DNA from: the human T2T-CHM13v2.0 reference genome, Homo sapiens
DNA length: 64,000 nt
NCBI RefSeq assembly: GCF_009914755.1
Contig: NC_060942.1
Reading direction: 5' to 3' (one strand)
Numbering within the stretch: position 1 is the first letter of the stretch; each line of letters opens with the position of its first letter. The notes beneath the pieces were generated by a model that made no database searches, was not told the origin of the DNA, and saw only the letters and a list, made by a program, of their open reading frames with translations. Of this stretch, positions 52,694-64,000 are shown piece by piece. The translations under genes were made by a program, and so were the position numbers.

Positions 52694-53774
52694 AATGTGA
52701 GAAAGGATGTCGCCCCCAGCAGGCATGTAAAGGAACTCCTAATACACCATCCGGCTGGGGGTCCAGCCTGGACAACGTGCCGGGCACGGAGGTTTGTAGA
52801 TGAATGGGCTGAGGTTGTCCAGAAGTAGCTGTGGAGATTCCATTTCCAGAAATTGTTCATCTCTTACTTCACTGACTTCACATCTTGATTTATGAAGAAT
52901 GATTAGATGCCAAAAGCATATTCCTAACACATTCTTCCTGAAAAATATGATTTATTCTATTATTTTAAAAATTCAGTCCATCTCATCATTTATTATTATA
53001 TTTTTGTCATTATATATACTTAAACACATTCCTTTAGTAGACTTAAAATGCTTTAATTTTATTCCCTTAATAAATATTCATTTCAAGGTGACAACCCGAA
53101 GGGCTGCAGGCAGAAAAAAAAAAGCTTATCCTTCGAGCAAATTTATTATTGGTGCATTTTCTTATATGCTGTCATAAAGGCCAGGCTCTTACCACACATT
53201 AATTTTATGACTGTGTAGTTCACGTGAATGCCAAACTCCGATTCATTTTTCTATCTACTCATGGACTGAATCATTTTATTTTCCTTTGCAGAAAAGAAAT
53301 GTTATACTATATGAGGTGTAAATTTATAGCAGATGTAGTATTTAGCTTGCCAGAAGATCTCTTTCAGGAGGCAATGTTTATTTAAAAAAAAAAACTAATT
53401 CAGCTTCATGACAGGGCAAGAGTATTCATATTTTCATTATTAGAGTTTCCAGTAGAAACCTTGCTTTGATTTGCCCTGTTATGTCTTTGCTAATTGGCTG
53501 TATTCAGACTATAATACTGAGCATCCCCAAATCCTCACTCCATCACGTCTCAATAGCTTATGTCCATTTGTCCTTCTCATGCTCCTCCATCTTCTGAATA
53601 ATGATGACAACAATGATGAGAGCAGTAGAGGTAATTAGTCAATGGCACTGTCGTTCCCAGCAGGCTGCAGGGTGAGGAGTGAATCACCCACCTCCGTCCA
53701 GGTGCTTTGCATGCGTTGTTGACTGCAGAAGCATGTCTCTGAGCAGGGACATGCAAATCCAAAATTGGGTTTCA

Positions 53775-54070
<296 letters not shown>

Positions 54071-54720
54071 TTGGGTTTCATTTCTTCCTCCTAATCAAAT
54101 CTCGATGAACAGTTTCTTCTTTTGTTTGTGCTCCTGCTTCAGACACTTAGGTCATATGGGCTGCAACAATTGGTACTAAGAAGAATGAATAATATTCATG
54201 AAAATATGATGCTGGATTAATGACATTAACGACAAAGCATACTCTTGCATTGAATCAGCCTTTTAAGTCTTCTGTTAAATTAAGGGCATGATATGCAAGA
54301 GTGCCACCTAAAACCTTAAAATCCACAAAACTCACTTGCAGGAGAGACTCTGTTCTCCCAGGATGTTAGCTGAGCCTCCTCTGGTCAAAGGTAGCCTCCT
54401 GGCCCTGCCCACACACCTTGGGCTGTGGTTGTTGTACAATCCCTGGTGGGAGGCGGCAGGTGCAAAGCTGTGCCCCAGCCCACCCCAGCGCCCTCCCTCC
54501 AAACACTCAAGCCTCCAATTCATGTTGAGTTTCCTACATGGGAGGGCAAAGCACACATGTGGATGAACAGGGTGGGCCAGTCAGTGTCTGGAAGTAAAAA
54601 TGGGAAGGAAAGGCTACAAGAAGGGATGGGAAGAGTCAGACCTGAACCTTTCCATAAGCTGATCTCTGGGACAGCTTTTGTGTGAGAGAGCTGCTATTCC
54701 TCACATTAAAGATGAGTTTC

Positions 54721-55140
<420 letters not shown>

Positions 55141-55852
55141 TCAAGGCTGGATCAGGAATATAATTTTTAGAACAACCCACTGGCTGGGACATTGGCCCAG
55201 GAAGCAGGGCAGGCGTAGCCGGAAAGGTGGCAGAAGGCTGGGTACCCAAGGTTCACCAGACTGGAGCCACACCAGGGGCTTACCCTGCTTAGCCACATCC
55301 ACTGTGAAGACTGCTGTCTCCTCCAGCCCAAGTCCTCACTCTGGACCAACAGATGGATCTAGATTTCTTTCCAGGTATCTTGGCCTTACCTCTTTGGGAT
55401 GCAAACAGCCTTGCTAGGGTATTCTGGCTCTGGAGTCCTTCATCATCTGGAACTGGAGTGGGGGCATCTGTCCTAGCCCCCAGAGACTGTCATTAATAGA
55501 CAATAAGCCTCTGCTTACTTTAGATTTCAGAAACATTGTGCATTAACTGCTCAAAATGTTCCTAAATCACATAAGATCACAAGAAACCTTTAATTTGAGG
55601 GCAGCCCTGGAACTGCACTCATGCTAGTAAACACTTGGGCATTGAGGGATTTTGGATTTGTAGTGTACGTTTCTACACTTTCTGAGGAAGATATTTTCAG
55701 TTGAACAAAAATAATACCTTAGTTTTGTGAGCCCAAAACGATTTGCATCGCACTCTCACATCCATGATCTCACTGGATCTTTACAACTAATAGTGAGATA
55801 AGCAAAGTGATTATTATTCTCATTTTACAAATAAGAACAAAGCCTAGATTAG

Positions 55853-56428
<576 letters not shown>

Positions 56429-57533
56429 TGAAATGTATGTCTAAGTTGATACTCTGAGTTTTATTAAGGAAATTCTCTCTTCTCAACTTCTTACTTTCTC
56501 CAGGAGTTTCAATGACCATGTCCAGATACTCCTAAAACCATTGGCAATGAGCATTCTTGATCTGGGTACAACAATTCCACAGGTCATTTGTAGTGCATGT
56601 TTATATATAGGTATCCCTTAAAAAGAATGGGGCCTCAATTTCAGTTTTCAGGAATCAATCAAATATAGTCAGACTCGCAATATTTTACTTTAGGGTAAGT
56701 CCTCCTCCCCAGTGAAAGTGAGGTCTCAGTTGCAGCAGCTGACCTTGATCCCGTTATATCCTTATATGCACAGGAAGACTTAAGGGTCCATGTCAGTCTG
56801 TAGCCTTCAGACGTAAGCCCAGCTCAGAGAGAATTATTGCTTCCACTGGCCATAAAAATGACATATACACTTAAGCTTCCTCATAATCATTTTAAATTTT
56901 TAATTTTTGATTGGTAACCTTGAAAGGAAAGATGAAGAGATGATGGGCCAGCTGCCAGCTCATTGTGCTGTATAAATGTTGGTTCTCTCATCACTTGTTT
57001 ATGGCTATTTTCCATTTAGAATGTTGAGGCTTAAATGACCACGTTGAGATGTTCTGAAAACCATTGCCTGAGTAGCAGTGCATTGTCACTTTCATCTTCA
57101 TAGGGAATTTAAGCAAGAGAGGGCTCTGCCACCACACTTGCACTCTGATGAGCTTTCTCATGCCCCCACATGGCGGTGTGGAGAGAGCACTTAAACAAGT
57201 GTAAAAACCTTAGTTGTCTTCCCACATCTGTTCCTTCCTATCTCAGCCTCAAGCAAATCACTTAACCCCTCTCTACGGGACCCTCCATGTGTCCAAGCCC
57301 TCATTTGCCCCTTCTCCATTCTGCCCTGTGCTCTGCCCCAGAGGCTGAAGCTGACCTGTGAGGCTGGCATCAACTCACCTCCCTTGCTGTCTGGCTACAG
57401 ATTCAGTTCAGATGAGAAAGGGGGCTTCCCACAGGTCAGAGGTTGGAGGAGAGTGAGGACAGAGTACATAATCCTGACCAAATTGCTGCAGTTAGCTCTG
57501 TCCCTCTGTGAAAAGCTCCCATTGGTCACCTGG

Positions 57534-57899
57534 TGTATTAGTCAGTTCTCATGCCGCTAATAAAGATATACCTGAGACTGGGTAATTTATAAAGGAAAGA
57601 GGTTTAATGGACTCATAGTTCCATATGGCTGGGGAGGCCTCATAATCATGACTGAAGGCAAAGAAGGAGCAAAGTCATGGCTTCCATGGCAGCAGGCAAG
57701 AGAGATCATGTGCAGCGGAACTGCCATTTATAAAACCATCAGCTCTCATGAGACTTATTCACCATCATGAGAACAGCATGTGAAAGACCCACTCCATGAT
57801 TCAATTACCTCCCACTGGGTCCCTCCTAGGACAAGTGAGAATGATGGGAGCTACAATTCAAGATGAGATTTGGCGGGGGGACACAGGCAAACCATATCA
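57534..57899 (-). mobile_element. THE1 (MaLR) solo LTR
   Basis: tgtattagtcagttctcatgccgctaataaagatatacctgagactggg...aaaccatatca; 366 bp; perfect 5-bp TSD CCTGG. Confidence 0.92.
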
Positions 57900-57968
57900 C
57901 CTGGGTTCTGCTGTCTTCCTTTGCACCTTCAGACCTCCTACTAATCATCTCCCTCCTCACTTCCCCAG

Positions 57969-59507
<1,539 letters not shown>

Positions 59508-60067
59508 TTATTCCTCAGAACTCTTCCCTTTGCCTTGGGATAAACTCCAGATGCCTTAATGTCCTTTCTAGGGCTCTTCCTGGGTTGGTCTCCTGCCTGT
59601 GAATTCATCTCTCATCCCCCAGCTTGCTTCTCTGACTCTCTATATGCTGCAGCCAGACCGCACTACTGCCAGAGCCTCCCAGCCTGCCGTTGAACCCCAG
59701 GACACGCTAGTGCCTGGAATGCTTTCTGTCTGCCTTCCCAGGGATGATTTCTGCTCATTCTGCAGATCTCATCATAGATGTTACTTCCTTCAGAATGGCT
59801 TCTCTGAACTCCAAGTCTAGCTCAGTCTCTATTCTACGTGCTACAGAATCACCCTGGCACACTGGGTAGGAAAAGAGGTTCTGCATGATTGGAATCTCCA
59901 TACTGGCAGCATAACCTCTCTGGAGCCTTGGTCTCTTCCTTATAAAATGTAGGTAATAGAAATTCCTACCTAACTGTTGTAAGGGTGACTGAGATGACCC
60001 ACGGAGCACTTAGAACATGGCCTGCATCTCCATAGGGTCTCAACAGATGCTCAGTAAGTGTTACCTT

Positions 60068-60228
60068 GGCCAGGCATGGTGGCTCATACCTGCAGTTCCA
60101 ACATTTTGGGAGGCCAAGGCGGGAGGATCGCTTGAGGCCAGGAGTTGGAGGCTGTGGTAAGCTATAGTCATGCCACTGCACTCTGGCCTGGGCAACAGAG
60201 TGAGATCCTGACTCAAAAAAATAATAAA
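60068..60228 (+). mobile_element. Alu monomer (FRAM-like or collapsed AluJ)
   Basis: Single ~150-bp arm with an A-tail. Confidence 0.85.
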
Positions 60229-61217
60229 GATAAGCATACCTCAGGTGCTTCTGAGCCACCTTCTTTGGCCTGTGTTGGCAAGATAAAAGCTGGATTAGTT
60301 ACCCAAGTTCCTTCTGTTGGGTTCATGGCGATGCCTTTGCTCGTGCTGTCCTCCTGTGTGAGGTGCTCCTTTCCCCCAGCCCCTCACCCATATCCTGCCA
60401 CTCCTCAGGGGCCTGCCCACACACTGCCACCTCTCCCACGATGACACTGGCCCTCACTGACCCTCCCATTGTGGCTCCTCGAGTACTTGTCTATTAATGA
60501 CAGTGGTCACCTCTGCTCACTGATTGCCTACTGTGTGCCCCGCAATACAATGCATGGCTGGCACTGGATGTGTATTTCATTTCCTCACCCCCACCTCATA
60601 AGGATTGAGCTCAGATTCATTCTCTCCTCTTCAGATGAGGAAACAAGGCTTGGGCAAGTTCTCCTCTTCATCACAAGGACGAGCTGAGATGCGAATCCCC
60701 CTGACTCCCCTGGCACAGCCTGCCATCCTTCCTGGCTATCACACTGCACTACAATTGTGGCTTACCCTCCCCCAACCCCAGTAGAATGAAAGCACAAAGC
60801 TATGAGACAAGGACGGTCTTGTTCACTGAAGTGTCCTCAGGAAATGGGACATAAAGCCAAGAGCTTTGGAAGCTGGCTTAATGTGACAATCCAGGGTGGG
60901 GTAGCCAGGAGGTGGAGCAGGCGAACTCAGGAGGGCCAGGCTCCAGGAGCTGCTGATAGAATTGCCCTGCTCTAGATGTCCCTGGTTTGTAACTTTGGGG
61001 GATGGAGAAACAGAAAATCAAATTTACCAGTCTAGGAAGAGGTCTAAGAACAGAACCAGACTCTGAGAGGGCTTTGAGTGCAAATAGCTTATTTAGAAGG
61101 TGACCCCAGAAGAGTAGGCAAAGTAAACCAGGGAAGGGAAGGAGCCAATCACTCCAGATTACCGCTGCGGGCAAGCAGGGCTCCAGCTCACTGGGACCTC
61201 TGGGAGATGATTTAGAC

Positions 61218-61776
<559 letters not shown>

Positions 61777-62260
61777 TTTAGACCATGCATCATCCTTGTC
61801 TCACCCGAAGGCCAAGGGGTGCCTCTTTGTCATTGCTTGAGGGCTGTTCCGGAGGGCTCTGACCTCCCAGCAGTTCTAGCCTGCCCCTCTGCCCAGCAAG
61901 CTCCTGTGCTGCGGGAAGCCGTCTGGCAATCATGGTGCTCAGAGTAGAGTAAGAGGCCTTTTGCATATTTGAAAACTAGTGAGAACCAAGCTAATCCAGG
62001 CAAGGCACTGACAGGGGAACCTTCTCCAAATGGGGCCGGAATCCCCAAAGCCCGTTGTTACTGGGCATCAGCCATAGTGCATGGGGGAGCTATACCTCCT
62101 GTCAAGAAACAGGAAGGAGCGAACATCCAAAGATGACTCACCTGTAAAGAAGTCGTCATATTACCAAATATCTAATTTCCCTAAAAAGGAAAGAGGAGAA
62201 CCAGTTCCTTGCTAACATGAGTGTGTGCTTTTATCACCATTTGCCGAGAAGCAAGGTGAA

Positions 62261-62572
62261 GGCCGATCACAATGGCTCACACCTGTGACTCCCACATTTT
62301 GGGAAGCTGAGGCGGGCAGATCACTTGAGCCCAGGAGTTTAAGACAAGCCTGGGCAACATAGTGAGACCTCGTCACTACAAAAAAATGAAAGAATAAAAA
62401 AATTAGCCTGGCGTGGTGCTGCATGTCTATAGTCTGAGCTTCACAGAAGGCTGAGGTGGGAGGATCACTTGAGCCCAGGAGTTCAAGGCAGTGGTGAGCA
62501 GCGGTGGTGCCACTGAACCCCAGCATGGGCAACAGAGCAAGACCCTCTCTCAAACAAACAGCAACAACAAAA
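62261..62572 (+). mobile_element. AluJ
   Basis: Dimer with a (CAA)-rich tail. Confidence 0.9.
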
Positions 62573-63399
62573 CAAGGAAAGATTGCAGATCTGAGGAGGG
62601 AGCAGACCCCAAGAAGCAAGCTCAGTACAAGCAGGAGTGTAAGGGAGTTGGGCTTGGGCTTGGGCTCGGGTGAGCCAGGACCCGGGAGCCAGGGCAGGGA
62701 GGGTGTCCTACTCTCAACTTCTGTGGTCTGAAACTTTAGAGGAAAAGGCAACAGGAGAAAATACAGTCTACCAGTCTGGGAAGAGGTCTAGTAACTGGAT
62801 ACCCAAATTTATGCCCAAAGATAAGAAGAGGAGTTAGTGTTAGCAGATATTGTTGGTCCTTAAATGTAAACGGAAACCTCTTCATTCATGGAAGGAAAGT
62901 GGAGAGGGGTCAGGCCGATTGTTTGGTAAGCAATGAAGCTGGGTCCAAACCTGGATCTCCTGTTTCTTGTCCCTTGCAAGTCACCCTGTGTACATCTCCT
63001 ATATGTCATCTTGATTGCCACAACACGCCGTAGGGGACAGGGATGTTATTTTGGGGGTTGGGGAATCAGGTAGAATTCTTTTGCTCCAGTTTATGTGCAA
63101 AAAACAAAAAAATCTAACAGAACAAAAAAATGGACAAAGGAGAGAAAATGGAAAAGCAAATAAGATGAAATAGAAATGGCTAATAAATGTATTCAATAAT
63201 GCTCACTTTGATTAGGAATAGCTTTGTCCCTAGATTACTAGTAATTAGGGAGACCCTAGATCATAACCTGCTTCACTGTTTTCAGCAAGAAATTTTCCAA
63301 CATTCTAAAGAGGGGAAAAATATAGCTACTCCTCTTTTTCTGGATGTGGGTGAAAATGTGGAGAAGGCTGTTTGAGAGAGGCTATGATCCGAATTGCCA

Positions 63400-63798
<399 letters not shown>

Positions 63799-64000
63799 TG
63801 AGATGTCCATAGGGATTGGGGGAGGTAGTCCTGGAACCAGATGCCTGATGCCTTGATAATGTTGCAGCCAATATTTTACCCAATAGTGTGTACCTTAAAA
63901 GTCTGACAAGTGGTAGATACGCAGCCAAAGAGATGTGCCACCTTTATCATCACAAGAGAGGGTCCGAGAACTCATTCTCTTTTCTGTGCAGGCACAGGCT

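Overview
Primate genomic DNA, probably catarrhine (AluJ, AluS and one AluY-like copy, L1PA, THE1/MST/MLT1 MaLR LTRs, MER5, Tigger elements). There is no intact protein-coding gene. The main feature is a decayed four-exon gene on the + strand spanning about 55 kb (exons 4300-4390, 5777-5911, ~51667-52133, 57969-~59024). Spliced by hand, it encodes a THEMIS-family protein with two CABIT domains and a C-terminal PPP(R>C)PPKP motif, and all three introns are phase 1. It carries at least three internal stops, four frameshifts and an apparently lost splice acceptor. I interpret it as the unitary pseudogene of Themis3 (THEMIS3P in human nomenclature), so it is probably a known gene loss rather than a new system. 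The ORF track shows only fragments of exons 3 and 4. Also present are a full-length 7SL retropseudogene, a 27-bp minisatellite upstream of exon 1, about 22 Alus, several solo LTRs (two next to exon boundaries) and repeat-poor AT-rich intronic blocks that may be enhancers. Repeat subfamily names and THEMIS comparisons come from memory of the sequences, not from database searches. Apart from the exon 3/4 fragments and two L1 ORF2 remnants, the listed ORFs are repeat-derived or look like chance ORFs.
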